Shown here: piece after piece, positions 1-7,843 of the stretch | Numbering within the stretch: the stretch's first letter is position 1 | Layout: each line of letters starts with the position of its first letter | Assembly (NCBI GenBank): GCA_028276145.1 | Contig: JAPYWX010000001.1 | Location: 1 to 38,988, forward strand | DNA: 38,988 bases | DNA from: Spirochaetota bacterium | GTDB lineage: Bacteria; Spirochaetota; Brevinematia; DTOW01 | Reading direction: 5' to 3' | Notes under the pieces: generated by a model | Databases searched by the model: none | What the model was told of the DNA's origin: nothing | What the model saw: only the letters and a program-made list of their open reading frames with translations | Made by a program: the position numbers and the translations under genes

Positions 1-1128
1 TCACAATTCCTTAACCCAATTCACAAATGTCGGACACAATCCCTTACTCCTCACAGCCTCAACAAACTCATCAACACTTCTACTATCCGCTATATCAAAC
101 TGCCCATCAGTCTTTCCTTCGGAATATCCCCCAACATAAGTAGAAGAACCTGCAGACATTCTGGTAGGTCCAAGCAACATTATATTATCCCTAAACTCTT
201 TCGTTTCCCTCGTTGAAATATTTATACCCACTCTATTAAGGAACAACCTAGCAACAGCAACAAACTGCAGTATATCCTCATCACTAACATCATATATATC
301 GAAACTAAAGGAATTTTTTCCATGTATGGGCCTAATTCTAGGAAATGACACGGCAACTTCTACATGTGGGTAGTTTTCATAAATATACTCAGCATGTTTT
401 AAAGTAAAGAAAACCTCTTTTCTAACTGGTGCCAAACCCAATAAAGCACCTATGTTTATTTCTCTAAAACCAGCTCTTGCTCCTCTATCTGGTGTCTCAA
501 GTCTAAAAAGATAATCTCTTTTAGGTCCAAAAACATGTAACCTATCATATATTACGGGGTCATAAACTTCTTGATAAACGGTAAGCCCTTCAGCTCCGCT
601 CTCTATAACCCTTGCATAATCTCCTTCAGTCATAGGATATATCTCAATTGAAATCTCATCAAAATACTCCTTAAGTATCTTAACAACATTACATATGTAC
701 TCAACTCCTACTAATTTTGACTCACCTGTCAAAAGAAGAACATGTTTTATACCCCTACCACTCAATATCTCTGCTTCTTTCCTAACTTCATCATAATTCA
801 AAGTCCTTCTTTTAAATTTGTTAAAAACACTAAAGCCACAGTAAAGGCAAGCATTGACACAGTGGTCAGAAACATAAAGAGGTGCATAAATAAAAATTAC
901 ATTTCCAAAGTATTTTCTTGTGAGGAAATACGACTTTTTCAACATAAAAGGCAAGTATTCTTTAGCCAAAGGAGATAAAAGTGCTATAAGGTCACTATCA
1001 CTGAGATAATCCTTAGCTAAAGCCCTCTCCACATCATCACGAGAAACTTGACTTAGCTTCTCCTCAAAACCTAGATTTCTGTACGATTGAAAAACATCAA
1101 AAAAGCTTTTCTTAACGACTACTTGCAT
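1..1128 (-). CDS. thiH: 2-iminoacetate synthase ThiH (radical SAM, thiamine biosynthesis)
   Basis: Radical-SAM cluster motif CVNACLYCGF. C-terminal STRE..FRDN..LGPTRMSAGSSTYVGGY matches the ThiH signature as I recall it. About 375 aa when started at the ATG at 1128 (MQVVVKK...); the ORF-track start at 1170 is an upstream alternative codon. Stop codon at 1-3. Confidence 0.8.
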   Translation of the reverse strand: MQVVVKKSFFDVFQSYRNLGFEEKLSQVSRDDVERALAKDYLSDSDLIALLSPLAKEYLPFMLKKSYFLTRKYFGNVIFIYAPLYVSDHCVNACLYCGFSVFNKFKRRTLNYDEVRKEAEILSGRGIKHVLLLTGESKLVGVEYICNVVKILKEYFDEISIEIYPMTEGDYARVIESGAEGLTVYQEVYDPVIYDRLHVFGPKRDYLFRLETPDRGARAGFREINIGALLGLAPVRKEVFFTLKHAEYIYENYPHVEVAVSFPRIRPIHGKNSFSFDIYDVSDEDILQFVAVARLFLNRVGINISTRETKEFRDNIMLLGPTRMSAGSSTYVGGYSEGKTDGQFDIADSRSVDEFVEAVRSKGLCPTFVNWVKEL

Positions 1129-1170
1129 AAGATAAAGATAAAAAAGAGGGAAAAGAAAATTCAATAACAA

Positions 1171-1190
1171 AAGGGGGCTTTCGCCCCCTT
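1171..1190 (-). terminator. Intrinsic terminator downstream of flaA
   Basis: AAGGGGGC-tttc-GCCCCCTT is an 8-bp GC-rich stem. On the minus strand the loop reads GAAA and the stem runs into TTTTGTTATT. It lies 28 nt after the flaA stop. Confidence 0.8.
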
Positions 1191-1217
1191 TTAAAATAGA
1201 TAACCTTAAAAAACTTA

Positions 1218-2252
1218 CTATTGTGCCTTCTGACCTGTAGATTCTGTTGATGCCGCTTTTCTCTTCTTCTCTAATTCAGCAAGCTCTATCATATCGATAA
1301 TCCTTCTTAGAGACCTCTTTGTATATTCTATCTTTGCCTTAGACAGTATCTGCCAGTACTTTTCATCGTCTATATCAAGCTCTTCCTGAACAACAGCCCT
1401 GTCAAAAGATATAGCAACATCCTTGAAGTATACAACAAAGTCACCACCTGGCTCTTCCTGAGGTTTGTAAACCTTGAAGTAAGCGAACTCTTTGAATGGT
1501 AAAGACCTTGGATAAAGAGGTAACCTTTGTAAAACTCTCTGGTTAACTGATTCTATATAGTTAGGATTCTCCCATGCCAATCTTCTCCAACCTTGGAAGT
1601 ACAAGGGTCCCATGAAATACTCTTCCTCAACACCATCTTCATTTCTTAGAACAACTGAAAGCAAGTGCCTATAGTTCCTTCCTGAAACCCAAACAGATAC
1701 CCTCTTAACCTGTAAAACATTCATAAGTATACCATTTTTGACTTTTTCTTCATCAGTGAACTGCTGTTTTGAGAAATCACCCTCAGGATCAACAGGTGAA
1801 CCATCCAGATAGTAAGGAGTAAACCTAAAAGGTGGCAATATCTTTGCGTTGGCTAAAAAATGCCAGTTCTCTGGGAATTTTATCCTCACTCCCATCACCG
1901 TTCCCCATCTTTTACTATCAACCTTCAAAACATAAGAATCAACAATATTTGGTATAAACCTAGATGAAGAAACTAATTCAACTTTCCACTGATCCATTTT
2001 CCAGGTGTTCGGATCAAACCATATATCAAGAAGTTTTTGAGCGTTCTCTTGAGAATAGAACCACTCCCTGTAAAGATCAATACCCTTCTGTTTGTAAGAA
2101 TCTACAAGATTCTGTAGATTCTGTTTCTCCTTATTTAGATACTGGGCCTGCTTCTGCTCGTACACTCCAAAATCTATAAGGGTTCTCTCTATCTCAGCAC
2201 TAGCGACCCCCACCATCACTAGAAACAAAACCACTATAGATATTCGCTTCAT
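1218..2252 (-). CDS. flaA: Flagellar filament outer layer (sheath) protein FlaA, spirochaete type
   Basis: Signal peptide followed by TLIDFG. YFMGPLYFQGWRRLAWENPNYIESV...LPLYP and GGDFVVYFKDVAISFDRAV closely parallel treponemal FlaA as I recall it (YFMGYLLFDSWKELVWNNPSYISDV; GGDYVGYFKDVKIIYDKAV). RBS AAGGAGGGA lies upstream. Confidence 0.8.
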   Translation of the reverse strand: MKRISIVVLFLVMVGVASAEIERTLIDFGVYEQKQAQYLNKEKQNLQNLVDSYKQKGIDLYREWFYSQENAQKLLDIWFDPNTWKMDQWKVELVSSSRFIPNIVDSYVLKVDSKRWGTVMGVRIKFPENWHFLANAKILPPFRFTPYYLDGSPVDPEGDFSKQQFTDEEKVKNGILMNVLQVKRVSVWVSGRNYRHLLSVVLRNEDGVEEEYFMGPLYFQGWRRLAWENPNYIESVNQRVLQRLPLYPRSLPFKEFAYFKVYKPQEEPGGDFVVYFKDVAISFDRAVVQEELDIDDEKYWQILSKAKIEYTKRSLRRIIDMIELAELEKKRKAASTESTGQKAQ

Positions 2253-2281
2253 ACACTCCCTCCTTGTCTCTTACGATTATC

Positions 2282-2323
2282 GGAAAGCCAATTTTGTTAG
2301 TTTAAACCAACAAAAGGCTTTCC
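2282..2323 (-). promoter_or_regulatory. Long imperfect hairpin in the predicted flaA 5' leader
   Basis: GGAAAGCC...GGCTTTCC form 8-bp outer arms. They enclose a near-palindromic TTTTGTTaGTTTAAACcAACAAAA, giving about 17 paired positions. The hairpin sits between the putative flaA promoter and the flaA RBS and has no U-tract after it. Confidence 0.45.
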
Positions 2324-2338
2324 TTTTTACCTCTCTTA

Positions 2339-2367
2339 ATCATAAAAATAAACATACTAACTTTCAA
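2339..2367 (-). promoter_or_regulatory. Sigma70-like promoter for flaA (TTGAAA-17 nt-TATGAT)
   Basis: The minus strand reads TTGAAA (2367-2362), a 17-nt spacer, then TATGAT (2344-2339). This is about 90 nt upstream of the flaA ATG. Confidence 0.5.
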
Positions 2368-2378
2368 CAGATTAGATA

Positions 2379-3335
2379 TTAACAATTCAAAAACTCACAA
2401 ACTTTTTCAAATATTTTCTCTACAACCTCAACTAGAGTTCTCTCAGATATCTCATTAAGGTATACAACTTCATCAATAGGCGTATGCCTAAAGAGAGTTA
2501 TCTGTCTCTTAGCAAAATTCTTTGTATTTCTCTTAATCAGCTCTATAGCCTGAGTCAATGAAATGCTACCTCTAAGAAACTCTACCATCTCCTTATAACC
2601 TATAGACTGAAGAGGATATATCTCTGTGCCGTAATTTTGAATAATCCATTTAACTTCATCTATCAGACCCTTTTCAATCATTTTGTCAACCCTCTCATCA
2701 ATCCTTTCGTAAAGCAACCTTCTCTCAGGCAACATCAAAAATGAATAAATTTTATGCCGTGAAGGTACTGAAAATGAATGAATCTCAGAAAACTGTTTTC
2801 CAGTTAATCTGAATACTTCCAAAGCTCTAATTATTCTCTTTAAATCATTTTTGCTGATTTTAGAAGCGTAAATTTCATCTACCTTTTTTAAAATATCATA
2901 GAGAAAGCCTGTTCCTTTCTCTTTAGCTAGCCTAGTAAGCTCATTTCTTATTTCATTATTTGCTTCAGGAGCTTCAGCAAACCCAACTCTTACGCTTTTA
3001 TAATAAAGCCCCGTCCCTCCAACCATTATTGCCACACTACCACGAGAATTTATACCCTCAACGATTTCGTCAAAAGATTTCCTAAATTGCCCTGCACTGA
3101 ATCTTCCCTCGTTAGGCTCAAGTATATCAATCAAATGATAAGTTACCTCCTTCCTCTGCGAAAGTGGAACTTTATCAGTACCAATATCAAAATATTTATA
3201 CACTTGCACAGAATCACAAGATATTATCTCCGATGGAATCTTCAAATCGTTCATTATCCTTAATGCCAAAGTGTGAGCTACAAAGCTTTTGCCTGAAGCA
3301 GTAGGACCTACAATTGATATGACTGGAACTTTCAT
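2379..3335 (-). CDS. miaA: tRNA dimethylallyltransferase MiaA
   Basis: P-loop GPTASGKS follows MKVPVISIV. IPP-transferase-like body (DSVQVYKYFDIGTDK, VGGTGLY). The ATG at 3335 overlaps the upstream stop (ATGA). The ORF-track start at 3374 is probably an over-extension. Confidence 0.9.
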   Translation of the reverse strand: MKVPVISIVGPTASGKSFVAHTLALRIMNDLKIPSEIISCDSVQVYKYFDIGTDKVPLSQRKEVTYHLIDILEPNEGRFSAGQFRKSFDEIVEGINSRGSVAIMVGGTGLYYKSVRVGFAEAPEANNEIRNELTRLAKEKGTGFLYDILKKVDEIYASKISKNDLKRIIRALEVFRLTGKQFSEIHSFSVPSRHKIYSFLMLPERRLLYERIDERVDKMIEKGLIDEVKWIIQNYGTEIYPLQSIGYKEMVEFLRGSISLTQAIELIKRNTKNFAKRQITLFRHTPIDEVVYLNEISERTLVEVVEKIFEKVCEFLNC

Positions 3336-4597
3336 AACATTCTGTTTCGCAAAATACCATTTATCTCCAACCAAGTCGTATATTCTTCCGGCAATATATT
3401 TTCAGAGAACATTAACCTCTTAGAAATAACTCTAAGGCTAAGAATTTCGATATCAAGCTCTTGTAAAAACCTAGCTGTATAAGGATTTATTGTACCTATA
3501 TCTAGTTCTTTATCCTCAGACCTAACTAAAAAAGTGTCTTTATGATTGACAATCTTGATACTCTTTAAGTTAATACGTTCCAAATAATCCTGAGAGGGAA
3601 AGTATTTACGCAGGTCAATAATCGGCGTTAAAATTTTCACCTTAACCAAATCTGTAGTTTTATGTCTAAACAGAAAATCATACTCGTATCCCTCAAAGAA
3701 GGATTCTAATAATTTCTGCAAATTCTTGACATCATGCGATATCCCCTGATCTGCTAGATAACTAACAATATTTTTCATTTCAAAAAGCAACCATATCATT
3801 TCTTGTTTAACAAGCTTATTTATTATCTCCCTCTTAGTCCTTTCATCATCAAGAATTCCAAACTCGGTATAGAGTAAATACAAAAACTCGTGGAAAAATT
3901 CTATAAAATTCCTCTCTTCTATTTTTAGCACTAACGAACCAAGCTTTATGGAAGGGTCAAAATACACTGTTGAAAGTTGGGAAGAAAAGTCAACCTTTCT
4001 TACCAAAAAGAAAAACCTTTCAGATGGAAGTCCCGTAGGAAACATCTGCTTAAGAGAAATAAAAATCGACTCCTCAAACAACTCAGCCAAGTCCTCAGGT
4101 AAAATAAACTTCTTACCTTTGACAGTCACCACGAAGTGACCTTCGTCAGTTATGTAGTAGTTTATGGAATTTCCATAAAACTCAACATGAGATAGTGACA
4201 AAATATCAATAGGGGTACCATTAACCACAACTTCGTTAACACCAAATTTAACCATATATTCCTTTATCTCACCTAAACTCTTCAAAGGTATACCAATGTT
4301 ACTAGAAAATTTTTCAAGTTTAACATCATTCAAGTTCTTAGCCTGTATCAATATACTAGCTGTTTCGTTCGGAGTCAAAACCAAATTTTCAAGCAAATTT
4401 TTTGCCTCATCAATGGTGGAGTTTCTATAGAGAAGTCTTAATCCTGGCAATAAGTACCTGTTTTTTATAAGCGCAACACCAAGCAAAGACTTATCCTTTA
4501 TTCCAGGAAAACTATTTTTCAACTGAAAATAGGTACTCAATACTTGAGAATTAGACAAAAAAACATGAGGTATTTCTTCAACAATGAGACCTTCCAT
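3332..4597 (-). CDS. Hypothetical cytoplasmic protein (421 aa), no recognisable motif
   Basis: Long uninterrupted ORF packed between the LivJ-like gene (2-nt gap) and miaA (4-nt overlap). No TM segment, signal peptide or catalytic motif that I recognise. Confidence 0.6.
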   Translation of the reverse strand: MEGLIVEEIPHVFLSNSQVLSTYFQLKNSFPGIKDKSLLGVALIKNRYLLPGLRLLYRNSTIDEAKNLLENLVLTPNETASILIQAKNLNDVKLEKFSSNIGIPLKSLGEIKEYMVKFGVNEVVVNGTPIDILSLSHVEFYGNSINYYITDEGHFVVTVKGKKFILPEDLAELFEESIFISLKQMFPTGLPSERFFFLVRKVDFSSQLSTVYFDPSIKLGSLVLKIEERNFIEFFHEFLYLLYTEFGILDDERTKREIINKLVKQEMIWLLFEMKNIVSYLADQGISHDVKNLQKLLESFFEGYEYDFLFRHKTTDLVKVKILTPIIDLRKYFPSQDYLERINLKSIKIVNHKDTFLVRSEDKELDIGTINPYTARFLQELDIEILSLRVISKRLMFSENILPEEYTTWLEINGILRNRML

Positions 4598-4599
4598 AG

Positions 4600-5736
4600 T
4601 TACTTAACAACATCAACCACCACAAATTTTCCATTTGATACAGTGTATATTGTAAATATTGTGTTCAAATTATCACCTTTCTCATCAAACTTTATTTTTG
4701 ACGATATTCCCTGAAATTCCGTCTTTGCTATGTAATCAATAGCCTTTTCTCTTGAAAAATCACCATTTTCGTCAAGAGAATTTGTAAATGCTGAAAGAAG
4801 TATCCTTGCAGCCTCGTAAGAAAACAAATCAAAAGGTTCTATACTATCATTAGGGAACATTTTCTTGTATTTCTTATAAAACTCATCATTTTCAGTTATC
4901 GGCGCCCCAATAAAAGTAACTATATCTCCTTCGCAAGTAGTCCCCGCTAGCTCTACATACTTATCCGTCTTCAAGCCATCACCACCAACGAAAGGAACAT
5001 TTAACCCAACTTCATCAGCTTGCTTTGTCAGCAAAGCTCCTTCAGAATACACACCACCAAAGAAAACAGCTTGAGGATTAAAAGACTTTATTTTCGTCAA
5101 GATAGCCTTAAAATCTTTATCCCCCACCCTTATAGAATCTCTACCCAAAATTGTACCGCCTAGCTTTTTAAATTCCTTTGAAAACTCATCTGCCAACCCC
5201 TGACCATACTCAGTTTTATCATCCAAAACGAAAACTCTAGTTATGTTTCTCTTAATTAAGAATCTTGCAGCGATTGGTCCTTGTTGAGCATCCGTTGGGC
5301 ATATTCTAAACACATTCTTGAAACCTTGAAGAGTTAACTTAGGATTTGTTGAAGCTGGTGTTATCATCGGTAAGTTTCTTCTATTATACACAGAAGAAGC
5401 AGGTATTGAACAGCCACTGTTTAGATGCCCAACAACACCTATTACTCTAGGATCAGAAGCTATTTTCTCAGCAACATTCACTGCCTCACTCTCCGTAGCT
5501 CTGTCATCAAAAAAAGCAAGCTCAACCTTTACATTAGTGTAAGTATTAGTAAACTCAGTATAAGCTAATATAACCCCTCTTTTCATTCCCTGACCAAGTG
5601 GAGCTATATCCCCAGTCAAAGGAGCAGCTAAAGCAAGTTTGTAAACCTTCGAACTCTCTGAACTACACCCAGAAATGAATACACCAAATACCCCTACAGT
5701 AAACAAAATACCAAAAACAACAAGAATTTTTTTCAT
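4600..5736 (-). CDS. LivJ/LivK-type (branched-chain amino acid family) ABC substrate-binding lipoprotein
   Basis: Lipobox FISGC after MKKILVVFG. Periplasmic-binding-protein type I features (LAAPLTGD, GVVGHLNSG, PMITPASTNP, YGQGL). ATG at 5736 is preceded by GGAGGG. No cognate permease or ATPase gene is adjacent. Confidence 0.8.
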   Translation of the reverse strand: MKKILVVFGILFTVGVFGVFISGCSSESSKVYKLALAAPLTGDIAPLGQGMKRGVILAYTEFTNTYTNVKVELAFFDDRATESEAVNVAEKIASDPRVIGVVGHLNSGCSIPASSVYNRRNLPMITPASTNPKLTLQGFKNVFRICPTDAQQGPIAARFLIKRNITRVFVLDDKTEYGQGLADEFSKEFKKLGGTILGRDSIRVGDKDFKAILTKIKSFNPQAVFFGGVYSEGALLTKQADEVGLNVPFVGGDGLKTDKYVELAGTTCEGDIVTFIGAPITENDEFYKKYKKMFPNDSIEPFDLFSYEAARILLSAFTNSLDENGDFSREKAIDYIAKTEFQGISSKIKFDEKGDNLNTIFTIYTVSNGKFVVVDVVK

Positions 5737-5841
5737 ACTCTCTCCCTCCAAGGATTAATTTTAATAATAAAATTAAATTTTTTCAAAAAAACTTAAACTT
5801 CCCAGCCGAAACAAAAAAACTAATTCTTTCGAAAAAATCCT

Positions 5842-5906
5842 TCCTAATAGAGAAAAATTATTTTTGACAAAATCTTTTAAGAATGCAGAGATAACACGAA
5901 TCTCTG
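5842..5906 (+). repeat. Conserved 65-nt intergenic block, copy A; ends in hairpin CAGAGAT-aacacga-ATCTCTG (5886-5906)
   Basis: An ungapped alignment with 33641-33705 gives 47/65 identities by hand count. The core TTTTGAyAAAAyCTTTTAAGArTGCArAGAT matches at 26/30. A more diverged third copy lies around 25141-25187. Confidence 0.65.
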
Positions 5907-5923
5907 TTCTAAAAATAGGTAGA

Positions 5924-6003
5924 GTGCTCAACAGCACAGAGTGCTTAATAGCACGGGGTACTTAATAGCACGGGATGCTCAATAGCACTTAGTGCTATAG
6001 CAC
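5924..6003. repeat. Tandem array of 5 short palindromes (GTGCT-N2-4-AGCAC), about 17-nt period
   Basis: GTGCTCAACAGCAC 5924-5937; GTGCTTAATAGCAC 5941-5954; GTACTTAATAGCAC 5958-5971; ATGCTCAATAGCAC 5975-5988; GTGCTATAGCAC 5992-6003. Confidence 0.85.
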
Positions 6004-6050
6004 TTTCTCAATTGAGTGCTTGTAAAACCTTCCATATTCGGAGAGTGTAG

Positions 6051-6084
6051 AGAGGTGAAAACCTCTCAGAGGTGAAAACCTCTC
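6051..6084 (+). repeat. Two tandem 17-nt hairpins AGAGGT-GAAA-ACCTCT (GNRA loops)
   Basis: 6051-6066 and 6068-6083 are identical 6-bp stems with GAAA loops. ACCTCT-c-AGAGGT between them can form an alternative hairpin. The pair lies about 80 nt upstream of the GldG-like ATG. Confidence 0.7.
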
Positions 6085-6165
6085 TAAGAAAAATAAGAGT
6101 CAACCGAACCAAAACAATTTGAAACAGATACATTTTGAAATTTATTATTCACTTTAAGGTTGAGT

Positions 6166-7836
6166 ATGAAGGATTTCACGAAATATTTCTCGGATTTCTT
6201 AAATTTTCTAAAAAACAGCTACAAGATAGGATTCATTGTTCTCTTCGTCATTTTCTTGCTCTTTATCACATTTTTGGTAGTTTATGGGCTTAAGGTAGTC
6301 ACAATAACAACTGGCTTTTTCCTACTTCTAAGCCTCGCATGGGTACTTCTCGCAGGAACTAACATTATTTCAGACATAAAACAAGGTAAATTTCTAAGAG
6401 GAATTGAAGACTTATTTATAGTCGTTCTAACCTTAGCTATATTGATAGTTCTCTACGTAATAGCCTCCAACAGGTCACTAAAACTTGATTTAACTGCCGA
6501 AAAACTTTTCTCTCTCTCCCCCTACTCAATAGAAGTAATAAACAAGATAAACAACGATGTCAGAATTATTCTATTTGCCAAAAAGGATGTTGCAACAGAA
6601 CTAGAAAAAATACTAGAAGAGTATCAAAAAAATTCCAAGAAAATAACATTTATTACGGTTGACCCCATAAAGGACCCAATCACAGCAAAGAAATATGAAC
6701 TACCACAAGGTGAAGAGATAATAATAGTTGTCGAGAGCGGAGAAAACAAAAAGTATATAAGAGGTTCTTCTCTAGTAGAGTATGAAAGAACGGAATATGG
6801 CTCAAGGCCAGTAGGAATAAAAGTTGAAGAGGAAGTAACATCTGCAATTCTTAATGTAACTTCATCATCAAGGGTTATATACTTCTTAGTTGGGAATGGA
6901 GAATACAGGGTACTTCAGGATGCTCCAGGAAGCGAAGAAGAATACACATTTAAAACCCTTAGATCATACCTAGAGAAAGCTAATTTTACTTTAAGAGAAC
7001 TTAATTTATCTATGACAAAAGATATACCTAGCGATGCCGGAGGCATCGTTATAATTGCACCTCGTAGGATAATACCTGTTGAAATTCAAGAAAAACTTTA
7101 CGAGTTTTACAAAAACGGTGGAGGTATCGCTATATTCCTAGAACCTATCCTAGGTAATGTCACATACGATAGGACATTCTCTATTAACTACCTATTGACA
7201 AAATTTGGATTGTACGTCAAAAACAATGTTGTTTTTGATGAAAAAAGGTTCAATCCATACATGGGCAAACTATTCTACATAATACCCTATATACATTTTA
7301 GCCCCATAACTTCTGATATAAAAAGCAAAGGCTTACCAGTACAATTAGTCACAGCAATGGCTATAAGCAGAATGGAATCAGTCAATGAAGAGTTAGGAAC
7401 TAGAGTATACGACCTCATGTCAACATCAGAGAATAGTTGGGGTGAAACTTCAATAGATGTCAGTGGCAAATTCCTAGCTTCAAAAGACAAAAACGACATA
7501 ACACCACCGATAATTCTAGGATATGCTGTTGAATCCTTAATTACTAACAATAATAAAAGTGGAAGACTAGTAGTAATCGGTGATATAGATTTCCTCTCCG
7601 ATTACTTCATAGAAAGCATGTCCGGAAACCTAGAACTTGCTCTAAACTCAATTGAGTGGATATCCAAAGAAAATGTTTCACTTTCTATAAAACCAAAATC
7701 AATAAAAAGTTCACCTATAATACTCTCCCAAGCAGACGCTAATCTAGTTTTAGTTATAAGCTTAGTCGTCGTTCCCCTTCTAATGCTACTGCCTGGAATT
7801 ATTGTTTGGATCGTGAGAAGCAAAAAGGTGAAATAA
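6166..7836 (+). CDS. GldG-like ABC-transporter auxiliary protein (ABC-type uncharacterised transport system family), membrane anchored
   Basis: N-terminal TM helices, a large extracytoplasmic body and a C-terminal TM anchor (VLVISLVVVPLLMLLPGIIVWIV). Architecture and size are typical of the GldG/ABC_transp_aux family as I recall it. No partner ABC-2 permease or ATPase is adjacent. Confidence 0.55.
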   Translation: MKDFTKYFSDFLNFLKNSYKIGFIVLFVIFLLFITFLVVYGLKVVTITTGFFLLLSLAWVLLAGTNIISDIKQGKFLRGIEDLFIVVLTLAILIVLYVIASNRSLKLDLTAEKLFSLSPYSIEVINKINNDVRIILFAKKDVATELEKILEEYQKNSKKITFITVDPIKDPITAKKYELPQGEEIIIVVESGENKKYIRGSSLVEYERTEYGSRPVGIKVEEEVTSAILNVTSSSRVIYFLVGNGEYRVLQDAPGSEEEYTFKTLRSYLEKANFTLRELNLSMTKDIPSDAGGIVIIAPRRIIPVEIQEKLYEFYKNGGGIAIFLEPILGNVTYDRTFSINYLLTKFGLYVKNNVVFDEKRFNPYMGKLFYIIPYIHFSPITSDIKSKGLPVQLVTAMAISRMESVNEELGTRVYDLMSTSENSWGETSIDVSGKFLASKDKNDITPPIILGYAVESLITNNNKSGRLVVIGDIDFLSDYFIESMSGNLELALNSIEWISKENVSLSIKPKSIKSSPIILSQADANLVLVISLVVVPLLMLLPGIIVWIVRSKKVK

Positions 7837-7843
7837 CAAATTT

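Noticed and set aside
5864-5892. Sigma70 promoter inside the conserved block (TTGACA-17 nt-AGAGAT; TTGATA-17 nt-AAAGAT in copy B)
   Set aside because: The -35 elements are good but the candidate -10 hexamers are poor. The alternative -10 TAAGAAT lies only 7 nt from the -35. I therefore do not annotate a promoter, although the conservation of TTGAyA-N7-TTAAGArT between copies is noted in the findings.
5924-6003. CRISPR array, considered because of the regularly spaced short repeats
   Set aside because: The period is only about 17 nt, with 2-4 nt between palindromes, so there are no spacers of 25-40 nt. The repeats are degenerate and there are no cas genes in the window.
5975-6003. CIRCE/HrcA operator, considered because TAGCACT-t-AGTGCTA resembles the TTAGCACTC / GAGTGCTAA half-sites
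   Set aside because: CIRCE needs a 9-nt spacer between the arms, and here the spacing is 1 nt. No heat-shock genes (groES/EL, dnaK) are adjacent. The motif also occurs in many copies, with arm orientation opposite to CIRCE (GTGCT first).
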